From Candidatus Bathyarchaeota archaeon (GTDB taxonomy: Archaea; Thermoproteota; Bathyarchaeia; Bathyarchaeales; Bathycorpusculaceae), in assembly GCA_963826715.1 (NCBI GenBank), contig CAWGYA010000002.1:472263-536262 (forward strand): 64,000 nucleotides of DNA. Direction: 5' to 3'. The translations under genes were made by a program, and so were the position numbers. A model generated the notes under the pieces. The model saw only the letters and a program-made list of their open reading frames with translations. It was not told the DNA's origin and searched no databases. Within the stretch, counting starts at the first letter, position 1, and each line of letters starts with the position of its first letter. Shown here piece after piece: positions 38,571 through 47,707 of the stretch.

Positions 38571-40519
38571 GCGTCTTCCTCTTCTTCTTCATCGCCAAAG
38601 TCAGGTGTTTCTTTGTCTTGTTGTTCTGGTTCGAAGACTACACCAATTAATTCTTGCTTCTTCTCGTCAACCTGTTTAAGTTCTTCAGGAGTAATCAAAG
38701 CTTGCATTTCACTTAGCGGTCTAATATTGATGTCGTCAACGCAGAGTTTCCATTTGCCATCAACAAGTTTAGTGGTCACAATTTTCCCATTGATTGGGTC
38801 AACAACCTTCAGGTTAATGTCAAAAAGCACGTTGTACTTCTCAACAACTTTGTTGACCACATTGTAGAGTAGTTCAGGACTAATTTGGACAACGTGACTC
38901 CAACCAACTTTAGAGATGTCTGCTGGGTCTTTACCCCTTGTTATCTGGTTCAAGTTGAGATACCATGAGTATTGTCCACCAGATTTATCGAGTGTTATGT
39001 AGCCTTTATCTTTTAATGATGTCAAGAAATTCTTAACTGTACCTTGAGCTAACCCATTGCAGTAGTAAGTGTCAGTTATCTCTTTAGATGTTGCACCACC
39101 GTTCTTCTCTTCAGTTGTGCGTTCTCTATGGTAGTACATGATTGCATTTAGTACGTTCAGTTCTTGTTTAGTAAGTTCTGGGAATGTTGCTCTGATAGCG
39201 TTGATGCCTATTCTGCAAGCTAAGTATAGGTCTACCCAGTCGCATATGTACCATTGACTTTTAGGTAGCCCATGTCTCCGCATCCAGTGTAAAGTTTTAA
39301 CGATTTCAAAGAACTTTGGTATATCTCTGCGTGAGTCTGTGATTTTACTGCTAAATAATAAATCAATAAGTTCAGCTTCAGCGTATGGAACAACAATTTG
39401 TTTGTTATTGTCAGGAACTTTATCTCGGCAGATGATTCTCATTGCTTCTCTAAAGATAGCTATTTCATTGTCTGTTGCAAAGATATGTAACCCTTGAAGT
39501 TCTCTTAGCTGTTCTTCTTTGATTTTACGTGTAAGTTCTTCGCTGTCATCCATGTGTATTGTGATTGACCCTGACTTCACTGCATTGTCTTTTGTTAAGT
39601 CGTTGACTGTAGCAATTATTGGAACATTGCGCTTAACTGTTATAGTGTCCATTTCGCCTGAATCTTTGTTTTTGTTTGCGTATTGAGTGGTTGACCCAGC
39701 GTCCCCTGTTCTTCGATTACGGAGTTCACGTGCTTCTTCTCCTTCGTATTGTTTAGCGTCACTGATGTATTCTATTTCGAGTGTGTCTTCTGTTTGATCG
39801 TAACGCATTGCACCGAGAGTTTGATGTGTTAAACTGTTGTGTTTTACAGGTAAAATGTCTAAAGCCATGCGTACTAAGGTGTCTTTACCTGTTGCGGGTG
39901 TGCCTTCAAGCCATATTAATCCATTCTTTGTGCGTAGTGCCACTTGAATGATTAAGGCTGTTACAAGCAGTGCGTTCTCTCCTTCTCCAACTACGTATCT
40001 TTTAAATTTTATTGCTGGGATGTAGTATCCTTTTTTATAGAACTCAAGCACTCGATAGAAGAATGTGTAGTCCTTCACTAACCATTGCGCTGTAGCTAAC
40101 TGAAGCGTTGATGGAAGAAACTCTTTCTCGGTTTCTTTATCAATCGGTGTGGTAATTTTCAATGCTTCGGTTTTGAGTTCAGTGAACTTCCTTGCTACCA
40201 CAAGCATTGGGATATGTGTTAGCTTTCGTACTGTTGTTTCTGCGTAGTCATTGATTTTATTGAAGACCTTAACGGTGTTTTTGCTTCCTATATCGATTAG
40301 GTGGTACTCTTTTTCAATTCCTAAGTGTGCTTCGATATTCCAACCGTATTGATTCATCTCTGCGATTGTACCACATTTTGTGCATTTTCCGTCTTTATTG
40401 ACTTTGCCACCGCATGTATCCATGCTACCGCCTAGAAGGTTAATTGTGGTGCATTTTAGAAATTCAGCAGACTTACTTACTTTCTCTAGGTTGTTTTGTT
40501 CTGTTTGGTTTTCCATCAT
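38567..40519 (-). CDS. Putative replicative AAA+ (MCM-related) helicase with N-terminal Zn finger and C-terminal wHTH
   Basis: CGG..CTKCG; VVGE; Walker A GTPATGKD; RRD..K; LAQGTVKNFLTSLKDKGYI wHTH. Confidence 0.65.
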   Translation of the reverse strand: MMENQTEQNNLEKVSKSAEFLKCTTINLLGGSMDTCGGKVNKDGKCTKCGTIAEMNQYGWNIEAHLGIEKEYHLIDIGSKNTVKVFNKINDYAETTVRKLTHIPMLVVARKFTELKTEALKITTPIDKETEKEFLPSTLQLATAQWLVKDYTFFYRVLEFYKKGYYIPAIKFKRYVVGEGENALLVTALIIQVALRTKNGLIWLEGTPATGKDTLVRMALDILPVKHNSLTHQTLGAMRYDQTEDTLEIEYISDAKQYEGEEARELRNRRTGDAGSTTQYANKNKDSGEMDTITVKRNVPIIATVNDLTKDNAVKSGSITIHMDDSEELTRKIKEEQLRELQGLHIFATDNEIAIFREAMRIICRDKVPDNNKQIVVPYAEAELIDLLFSSKITDSRRDIPKFFEIVKTLHWMRRHGLPKSQWYICDWVDLYLACRIGINAIRATFPELTKQELNVLNAIMYYHRERTTEEKNGGATSKEITDTYYCNGLAQGTVKNFLTSLKDKGYITLDKSGGQYSWYLNLNQITRGKDPADISKVGWSHVVQISPELLYNVVNKVVEKYNVLFDINLKVVDPINGKIVTTKLVDGKWKLCVDDINIRPLSEMQALITPEELKQVDEKKQELIGVVFEPEQQDKETPDFGDEEEEEDA

Positions 40520-40825
40520 ATTTGCCTCTCTCCATTTTCACCGTCATTTTTGTAGTAATTTTTTTATTTACTGGACAAATGAACTATTTGAGGTATATAG
40601 ACTTTATTATTGTCGAGTTTAATGCTCTTTATGCATACAAACATCCAACTTGTGTGAGAAATAACACTGTTAAGTGTGAGAGTTCACCGCACTTGTAGTG
40701 TACTATGGGCAACTTGTGGCACACTTGTTGGTTTTTGATGCATACATAACAGCGTTAACTATGCGACCTGATTTGTCCATGCTTTTTGGATTTTTGAGGT
40801 AAAAATGGGGCGAAAAGGCGGGGGG

Positions 40826-40985
40826 ACTGTCATCGCTGTCACTGTCAGAAAGCATACTGCCCCACATTTTTCTTCACTCCAATTATCATTTCCATTTTAT
40901 TTGTATCTTATATAATAATATATTATATATAAAACAGAGAAAAAATAGGTAGTGTGTCTTCTGGGATAGTGACGGTGATGACAGT
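40826..40985. other. Candidate replication origin: long imperfect inverted repeat around an AT-rich core
   Basis: ACTGTCATCGCTGTCACT (40826) vs AGTGACGGTGATGACAGT (ends 40985), arms extend to ~35 bp; core TATATAATAATATATTATATAT; ~300 bp upstream of the helicase. Confidence 0.55.
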
Positions 40986-41361
40986 GATTAAAGTTAGTCT
41001 TTATCTATCCTGTTGTGCGCATGGATGTCTGAAATAATCCATAAACCAGTCGAGAACTTGCACACCATTATTGTTCGGAGTTAGTTACCTAAGAATTCTT
41101 CTACAAATCCCCTAAGCTACTTCTTGAAGCCTTCTGTCCATTAGTATTTCCAATAGAGTTGCTCTTTAAACAGACATCATCGCTCGACTATTAAGTAGCC
41201 TACCGTATCTTCCAGATGTGTAATATGTGTAAACTAATCTGTAACCTGTTGTTTTATGTGTAGACTTCAACCTGTAAGAATAAATAATAGCCATCAATCG
41301 GATAGGTTTGCTTAATAAATGCCTATTCAGAGTAGGTCAGTATAACCTGACCGCTACCTTT

Positions 41362-42585
41362 TCAACCCCAGTGCTGTTTTATGTATTCAACGGTTTCGAC
41401 TAACCCTAATGGGCGAGAACTATTGTTAACTCTAATGTAAAACTGTGTTCGACCCTTAGAGTCTTTTAGGTATGCTGGATTACCTGAACGTGACACGTCA
41501 ACTCTACCCACCAATTTTCCATCAATACGTTGAAAAATAGGTTTAAGATATTCGTGATGAAGGTTTCCAAGGTGACCACTGATTATATCGGTTAAACGTA
41601 GAGTTAGTCCATCCTCATCATGTTTTGGAGTGTTTTGAAGGTCTTTTTCTAACCCCAAAATATTGTGGTTATCATCAACCCCAATAATTAGCACCCCACC
41701 TTCAGAGTTCATAAATGCTGAAAGTGACTTTGCTATGTCGTCCTCACGTTCTTTGTTATAGTTACCCAACTTAAAGTCAAAAGTTATCGAAGACTTGAAC
41801 TCTAATCTGTTGGATTCTGGTCTTTTAATCAATTCTTCCAGCTCAAGTTGTGTCGGGTCAATGGCATCTGCAACAATAGGTTCTTTTACAGCAAACTCTT
41901 CTAAGACCGTATTTCTGATTATCATCCAATTATCGAGAACCCTCTTTTTCTCACTTCTAGTTATGAATTGACTGACAAGGTCTTGTATAGTTACCAAAAA
42001 TATGTTATCTGTTAGTAGCTTGTCCCTAAGTTCACGTGTAGATTTATCAAGTCTAATGCTTGGATTGACAAGGACAAAATTCTTGTATGCTGGGTCAATT
42101 CCACGTAAGTTCTTCCAGTTTGGATTATCGAAAAGAAGTTGAATACATCTATAGTCGGCTTCCTGTGTGAATATTACTTTCAACATTTCCTTGGTTACCG
42201 TATGTTCATAGCAGTGACTCCAAGTCTTGTATCGGGGGTAATCAAAAAATATCTCTTCAGCACCGCCTAAGGTGTCGAATACTCTTTCTTCTTCCTTTAC
42301 ACCAAGAAAACTGCTTATAAGGTCTGCAAAGTTATCCATTTCTTCGGTTGTTTTCAAAAAACCTTCGTCGTCGCCAATGTCAGTATTGAAGAGTGTAGAG
42401 TCGTAGTATCCCGCATGTGCTAAGATGTATGCTGTGAATCCGACAAATAGTTGTTCTTCGATTTCCTGTAGGTGTCGATATTGTTTGCCTATTTCTTCAT
42501 AAGAACCTGTGGCTTGCTTCTTGTAAATGCTTTTTAGGTCGCCGAAAACAAGTTGTTCTTGCTCTATTTGCTTAGACATTTGCAT
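41362..42585 (-). CDS. Protein with a C-terminal Schlafen/AlbA_2 domain
   Basis: ESNRLEFKSS, SAFMNSEGGVLIIGVDD, FYIRVNNSS. Confidence 0.85.
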   Translation of the reverse strand: MQMSKQIEQEQLVFGDLKSIYKKQATGSYEEIGKQYRHLQEIEEQLFVGFTAYILAHAGYYDSTLFNTDIGDDEGFLKTTEEMDNFADLISSFLGVKEEERVFDTLGGAEEIFFDYPRYKTWSHCYEHTVTKEMLKVIFTQEADYRCIQLLFDNPNWKNLRGIDPAYKNFVLVNPSIRLDKSTRELRDKLLTDNIFLVTIQDLVSQFITRSEKKRVLDNWMIIRNTVLEEFAVKEPIVADAIDPTQLELEELIKRPESNRLEFKSSITFDFKLGNYNKEREDDIAKSLSAFMNSEGGVLIIGVDDNHNILGLEKDLQNTPKHDEDGLTLRLTDIISGHLGNLHHEYLKPIFQRIDGKLVGRVDVSRSGNPAYLKDSKGRTQFYIRVNNSSRPLGLVETVEYIKQHWG

Positions 42586-42797
42586 TCCTTTGATAGTTCG
42601 TAACCTTGTTTACTCCACTCTTGTCTGAAATACCGCTCCAAGTCATCTATTGATGTAAATGAAAACCAACCGCCATCCCTCTTAAATTCGCCTATTCCTT
42701 TCCAAAGGGTTGCTTCTTTTTTCATTTCGTGAGTGCATCCTTCTAAATGAATTGAGCACTTCTTTGTTGGTTTATCGACATTTAGCCAATACAGCAC
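42564..42797 (-). CDS. Small putative Zn-binding protein
   Basis: IH...C...GGW..F...C.C pattern; TTAAAT TATA upstream. Confidence 0.6.
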   Translation of the reverse strand: MLYWLNVDKPTKKCSIHLEGCTHEMKKEATLWKGIGEFKRDGGWFSFTSIDDLERYFRQEWSKQGYELSKECKCLSK

Positions 42798-42915
42798 GAG
42801 TTAAACCAACTATCGAATAATTAAGTTAGCATTTAAGGTTTGAGATATTGCGCTTCGTGCCTGATTTTTTATAGACTTTTAAACATTATTAGATAATTAT
42901 TAGAGAGACGCAAAG

Positions 42916-43401
42916 ATGTCAGTTACCTCAGAACTTGTGACTCAATCGGTTTTCACTGCCGCTATTTTCCTAGTAATGATATCAGTCCCAAAACTACTGA
43001 TAGTAACGTCTTGGTATGCTTGGAGAATCCACGTATTCAAAAATCTGGGGTCACTCTCGAAAAGAAAAATGCTACACCGGTCATTAGATGCCAAAACTCT
43101 GAGTCTTGTTCAGAAATCTACAGAAAAATCTGGTTTCACGGCTAAGCAAATTGGAATTCAAATTGGAAATTTCACACATGAAATTAGAGACCCACTGATT
43201 GAAGCAGTAGTGGCTTTACTAATCATTTTTAGTTTTGTTTGGGTTTATCCTGATATCTCCATGTGGCTAGTTTTGGCTTCAGTCGGTATTGTTGTAGTCT
43301 TGGTTATTTCTGCTAGTGCTGTACTGTCTTTTCCCAAACAAGTGAGTAGTTGCATTGTAGATGCTGAAGAAGCTGAAGCCAAACAGAAAGAGGTTATGTG
43401 A
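42916..43401 (+). CDS. Membrane protein (~3 TM)
   Basis: Three hydrophobic segments; TTTAAA upstream. Confidence 0.65.
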   Translation: MSVTSELVTQSVFTAAIFLVMISVPKLLIVTSWYAWRIHVFKNLGSLSKRKMLHRSLDAKTLSLVQKSTEKSGFTAKQIGIQIGNFTHEIRDPLIEAVVALLIIFSFVWVYPDISMWLVLASVGIVVVLVISASAVLSFPKQVSSCIVDAEEAEAKQKEVM

Positions 43402-43654
43402 ATCAGGACGCTACGATAAGTAACTATATGCCTAACCCTTTTCAGTGGCTGTTAGTTGAAATTGTGGTGAGTCTGTTCCTACTCCGTCAATCTAAAAACA
43501 TCACTTAATACCTCTGGAAAGGGAAGGAATGGCTTTAGACTGCTTCACAGGCACTCTTCACCAAATACGAGTTAACCCTTTTTTAGCATAAGAATTTTGG
43601 CATAAATTCTGTAGTTATTATCTTGTATGGCAATGACTTACAGGTTTTTGATGC

Positions 43655-44068
43655 CTATGATTCAGCTAAGCTTTTGTGATTGCCTAAAACCCACCACAAG
43701 GCTTCAATGTATCCATGTATATCTATCAGTTTGCGTTCACATTGCAATTTATCGTCACAAATTCTAAATTCCTCTTCAAGTTCCACAAGTTTAGCATTAG
43801 CCTTCTGCAATTCCATTTTTACTTCTGTTAGGGTCTTTATTTTTCGTTGCTTGATTAGTCCAAGTTTATAGCATACCCGAAATTCTATTTCATTTAGCTG
43901 ATGACTTTCATTGATTTTATTCACTAAGCCGTCAAGAAAGCAGACGAAGTTAGCGATAGACCCACAAGATTCCAATAACCATGCGTACTCTTCAACATCA
44001 AGTTTACTTCTAATCCACCTTTCAACTTCTATTTGCCTCAGGTTTAGATTGTTGTCCATACATGTCAC
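43655..44068 (-). CDS. Hypothetical protein with coiled coil
   Basis: AAGGTG RBS; GYIEALWWVLG C-terminal motif. Confidence 0.6.
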   Translation of the reverse strand: MTCMDNNLNLRQIEVERWIRSKLDVEEYAWLLESCGSIANFVCFLDGLVNKINESHQLNEIEFRVCYKLGLIKQRKIKTLTEVKMELQKANAKLVELEEEFRICDDKLQCERKLIDIHGYIEALWWVLGNHKSLAES

Positions 44069-44314
44069 CTTAGTGCGATTTCTACATCTACAAAGTAGGT
44101 GTTCTGTTGATTCACATCAATACTCTTCGCTACTTCAATGCATGTAATGCTTTTGTTACTTCGACTTCTTACGATTCTGACATAAAAAACAGCGTTTCTG
44201 GTCGAAGTAAGTGAGAGTTTACACTTTTGAAAGCTACCTGTCAAAAAGACGCTGTTGCTGATACAGTTAAGGTAAACAACTACTAGTACTAATTAGAAAC
44301 ATTGAAAGAAGCAT

Positions 44315-45175
44315 TCACTGAACTGCTTCCACTAGTTCGTTCTTCTTACCAGTAACCTTCTTATCATAATAGAAGTTCCCCGAGCAAACTAGCCATATTC
44401 TTTTATCAACCTCATACGGTGTCTTCCCAACTGTCCCAGCAACCTCTATTATGGTCTTAAATACATCGTAATCATTCCGTTTGCACAATCCACTTTTTTG
44501 GAAAACATCCATAAGATGTACATCAGGTTTTGGGTAGCCATCATACCCCACTTCTTTTAGAAAATCGCAAGCTAATGCAAAACCAAAACCAGATATTTCT
44601 TTATCCAATAGCATCGGTAGAGCTTCACGAGAATATTTATTCCTTTGAAAATCGTTCACAAAAGCGTCAAAGGCTTTTTTGTCTTGGAATTCTGATAGAA
44701 AAACAGCAATAGAAATAACACCTTCACAGAACTCCCGCCACTGCCTATCCTTCTGAACGTCTATTTTCTTTTTCAGACTTAACTTAGTGTTGAATACATC
44801 AATAAGAGAGTACAATCCTTTCTCTTTGCCGTATTCCTTTTTTATTTCTGCAGGGTCAAAATCAAAGAGTAGCCCTTTAATTTGGTTGCTTCTTTTTTGA
44901 ATTTCTTCTTTGAGTTGTGTGCTTTGTTTTTCATTTTTGTGAAGTTGTGTGCTCCTTTCAAATTTGATGTTATTACGCATACCTTGACGATTGCATAATG
45001 TAGATAATGCTCGTTCATAGACACCGTTCAATGTCTTGCAATCTTCTGGTTTAAGGTACTTACTGAGGTCTATGTTGTTTTCTTTAACCATCTCGCTTAG
45101 TAGACCGTTTGTAATTTCGTAAAGACTTTTCATCTTAACTGTTCTTACTGTGTCCAATCTTACCCAACTCTCCAA
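44315..45175 (-). CDS. HhH-GPD DNA glycosylase-like protein
   Basis: HhH-like ISGFGFALACDFL followed by KPDVH; EVDKRIW. Confidence 0.6.
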   Translation of the reverse strand: MESWVRLDTVRTVKMKSLYEITNGLLSEMVKENNIDLSKYLKPEDCKTLNGVYERALSTLCNRQGMRNNIKFERSTQLHKNEKQSTQLKEEIQKRSNQIKGLLFDFDPAEIKKEYGKEKGLYSLIDVFNTKLSLKKKIDVQKDRQWREFCEGVISIAVFLSEFQDKKAFDAFVNDFQRNKYSREALPMLLDKEISGFGFALACDFLKEVGYDGYPKPDVHLMDVFQKSGLCKRNDYDVFKTIIEVAGTVGKTPYEVDKRIWLVCSGNFYYDKKVTGKKNELVEAVQ

Positions 45176-45220
45176 ACAACATCTTCTGTTATCAGTTCAG
45201 ATTTAAGACCTATCTATGTT

Positions 45221-45562
45221 TTAGCCAACTGTTTCTTTGTAATAGTTTAGTAACCATCGCTGGAAGCCATCAAGCTCAAGTGATTGCTTAGTATTTCTTT
45301 TGTGGTTACCTTCTCGTTTTTCGTATTCGTGGTCTTTGTACCACTCTGCGCTTTCTTTTGCTTTATGCACCAATCCGTATGCGACCATCCTCTGCAATGT
45401 ATCGTAGACAACTGATTTCAATTCATCATCAGGAATGTCTGCTAGAGTAGCTAGTTCTTTTGCTGTGAATGTGTTAGGTAATTGCTCGAAAACTCGAACT
45501 ATACGTCTATCAATCGTTATCTTCATGCTGTTTCCGATAGCTTTTGTCATATTCTTCTCCAA
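45221..45562 (-). CDS. Winged-helix DNA-binding protein
   Basis: FTAKELATLA..VYDTLQRMVAYGLV. Confidence 0.65.
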   Translation of the reverse strand: MEKNMTKAIGNSMKITIDRRIVRVFEQLPNTFTAKELATLADIPDDELKSVVYDTLQRMVAYGLVHKAKESAEWYKDHEYEKREGNHKRNTKQSLELDGFQRWLLNYYKETVG

Positions 45563-45793
45563 AACCGTTTGTTTGTTCCATCAAAATAAAAAAGTAGTGG
45601 CTTTTTTCCGACACTAGAGACCGATTGTCATGGAAAAGTCCATGAAAAGTAATTTTATCCATTTAGGGTAGGTGGAATCCATCCACTGGATGCATGGAAG
45701 AATGGTTTTCTTGTCGCCCAACCATGGTAGCCGAGGGAACATTAACTGAAAATAAGAGATGGTTAGTTTGTCGGTAAATTTCTGATGTCGAGC

Positions 45794-46240
45794 TTAATGA
45801 TTTTGATTATACTTTTTTCGGAAATAGCCGTAAACGCATCTAGTTCAATCCCTACTTGGGTCATGGTTGTCATGTATGACTCCGTCTATAACAGCCACCA
45901 TATGCCTACTACAGCTTACGATTAGGCGACCTTTTGGGAGTTCCTCTTTATTTAAGTGCATTATGCAACCAGTTCCTATCTTCATTACTGCCACCCATTC
46001 CCAACCAAGTTTTTCCAGATAGCCCCGATAAAAGCGTCTGTGAACTCCTGTTCTTGAGGAACTACTTCTTGCTGTCTTTGTTTGTCTAGCGTTCTTTATC
46101 AAGTTGTTTAGTTCATCGTAAACTTGTTGGTATGGTTTTCCTGTGGCAATTGCAATAGCTCTTACAACACAGTCACCTGTATCACCTTTGAACCCAGCTT
46201 TAGCTCTTCCACCATCATCGTAAACGTAATTGCTATGCAT
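45794..46240 (-). pseudogene. Phage-type papain/C39-like Cys-His-Asp protein with an in-frame TGA at 45845-45847
   Basis: GDCVVRAIA..HMVAVIDG..HD; after TGA the frame continues TRCVYGYFRKKYNQNH to TAA 45794-45796. Confidence 0.6.
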
Positions 46241-46359
46241 AGTTGGTCTCCCTCAAGAGCTTGGTTAATGATGGTTTGGTCAAGATGCCTTTTGTGGTGC
46301 TCAGGGTGAATTCGTCTATTTGTGTGGTTGAGCTTCTGTCAGTCATTTCCGTTCACCTT

Positions 46360-46683
46360 TTAGACTTGTGCTTGTTGCATTTCTCTTTGACATACTTCAA
46401 GCTCAAGGTTGTGTACATAATCATCGATTGATTGGAACTTTTCCATTAGTCCATCATAGCCGTAGCTGAATATCAGGTGAAGCATTAGTTCAAGGTGGAA
46501 ACGTGAGACTACTTCAAAACATTGTTTGCCTTTTTTGGGGACATCAGTAGTTTCTTTCCATTGTTCGAGCATTGTTTCAAGAAGCTTGTATCCTACTTTG
46601 GGGAGAAGGTCAAGATGCTGCGGTTTCTTTGTTTTGCTTTTGATTGCTGAGTGCTTGTTTTTTTGTTTATCTTTCACCATCAT
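46360..46683 (-). CDS. Hypothetical protein
   Basis: 107 aa, AAGGTGA RBS. Confidence 0.6.
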   Translation of the reverse strand: MMVKDKQKNKHSAIKSKTKKPQHLDLLPKVGYKLLETMLEQWKETTDVPKKGKQCFEVVSRFHLELMLHLIFSYGYDGLMEKFQSIDDYVHNLELEVCQREMQQAQV

Positions 46684-46832
46684 TGATTCACCTTCTGCTC
46701 TGTTGAAAAGCTTGTATTCTTAGTTTTTTTACCGCAAGATGAACATGTGAGTAGCTTCATCTTGCTTTGGGTCTTTATGCGCCATCCACATTTTGAGCAG
46801 ATGACTTCTCTGGTTTGGTTTTGTTCAGTCAT
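46680..46832 (-). CDS. 50-aa Zn-ribbon protein (below the ORF-track cutoff)
   Basis: MTEQNQTREVICSKCGWRIKTQSKMKLLTCSSCGKKT...; ATGA overlap with the next gene. Confidence 0.7.
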   Translation of the reverse strand: MTEQNQTREVICSKCGWRIKTQSKMKLLTCSSCGKKTKNTSFSTEQKVNQ

Positions 46833-47383
46833 TTTTCATCAGTAGTTGTTGTTGTAGTTGTTCCCAAATTGTCTTTAAAATGATGAAAATTCCAAATTCT
46901 GATGGAATACGATGAATATGATTCTCATTTTACTATGCAATATTTTAGGTAAAAATTGAGTTACACATTAGAGCTACACATTGCTAAAATTATTTTAATG
47001 TTGAAAAATTGCATTCACTGTTTAAAAAATGTGTACATGAAATAGCTCTATATTAAGGCTTGATTCCCGAAATAAGGCTAAAATTCTTCTGCGCATTTTT
47101 ACCACAAAAGCTTGTAACACATTTGCTACACATTTCAACACAATTTTCACGTAAAAACAGATGTTTCCGAAGGATATTTGACACTATTTTGTTAAAGACC
47201 AAAAGAGACATAGCTTACTCAAAAACATCCAAAAATGTTAAGAAAAGGAAGAAAGCACATTCTCTTTGGTTACATTTTATGGATTATTCTAAGTGCTATC
47301 TGGGTAACAGAAGGGTCGATTTTTTGCTGCAAAAGGACTTACTGGAAAACATCCATAACTTGATTGAGAGTTTGACTATTTGA

Positions 47384-47707
47384 TTATGAATATTGCTTTT
47401 TACATAGGTCAATTACTGATTCAGCTTCAGATTGGTTTCTAATCATTTTGTGATTGTGGTCTATTGAATTTCTCTTGAAATACAGGTGGAACTTAATTTG
47501 ATTCTTGCGTAGCTCAAGACCTACGAATTGACCGTCAAGGGTTTTGTATATTATTCTTGTTTTTGTTATTTCTTTGGAGCTGATGTTTGATATACTTTCG
47601 ATTGCTTGAGTGGAAGTTCGGAATAATTCTTTGATGTCTTCTTGCGCTTCTCTTCTTGCGATATAGTCTTCTGTTGTTTCGTTATAGATTTCTTTCATAA
47701 ACATCAA
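47384..47707 (-). CDS. Hypothetical protein (DUF5655-like shape, uncertain)
   Basis: 107 aa; 4-nt overlap with the upstream membrane-protein gene. Confidence 0.55.
   Translation of the reverse strand: MMFMKEIYNETTEDYIARREAQEDIKELFRTSTQAIESISNISSKEITKTRIIYKTLDGQFVGLELRKNQIKFHLYFKRNSIDHNHKMIRNQSEAESVIDLCKKQYS

Noticed and set aside
45628-45730. CATGG-rich short palindromes upstream of the wHTH gene
   Set aside because: Arms are 7 bp or less; could be an operator but cannot be told from chance by eye
45845-45847. Selenocysteine or genetic-code reassignment at the in-frame TGA
   Set aside because: The position appears to correspond to Gly, not Cys, and TGA terminates many other genes in the window
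47060-47383. 107-aa plus-strand ORF
   Set aside because: TTG start without RBS, overlaps a repeat-rich regulatory region, no recognisable motifs
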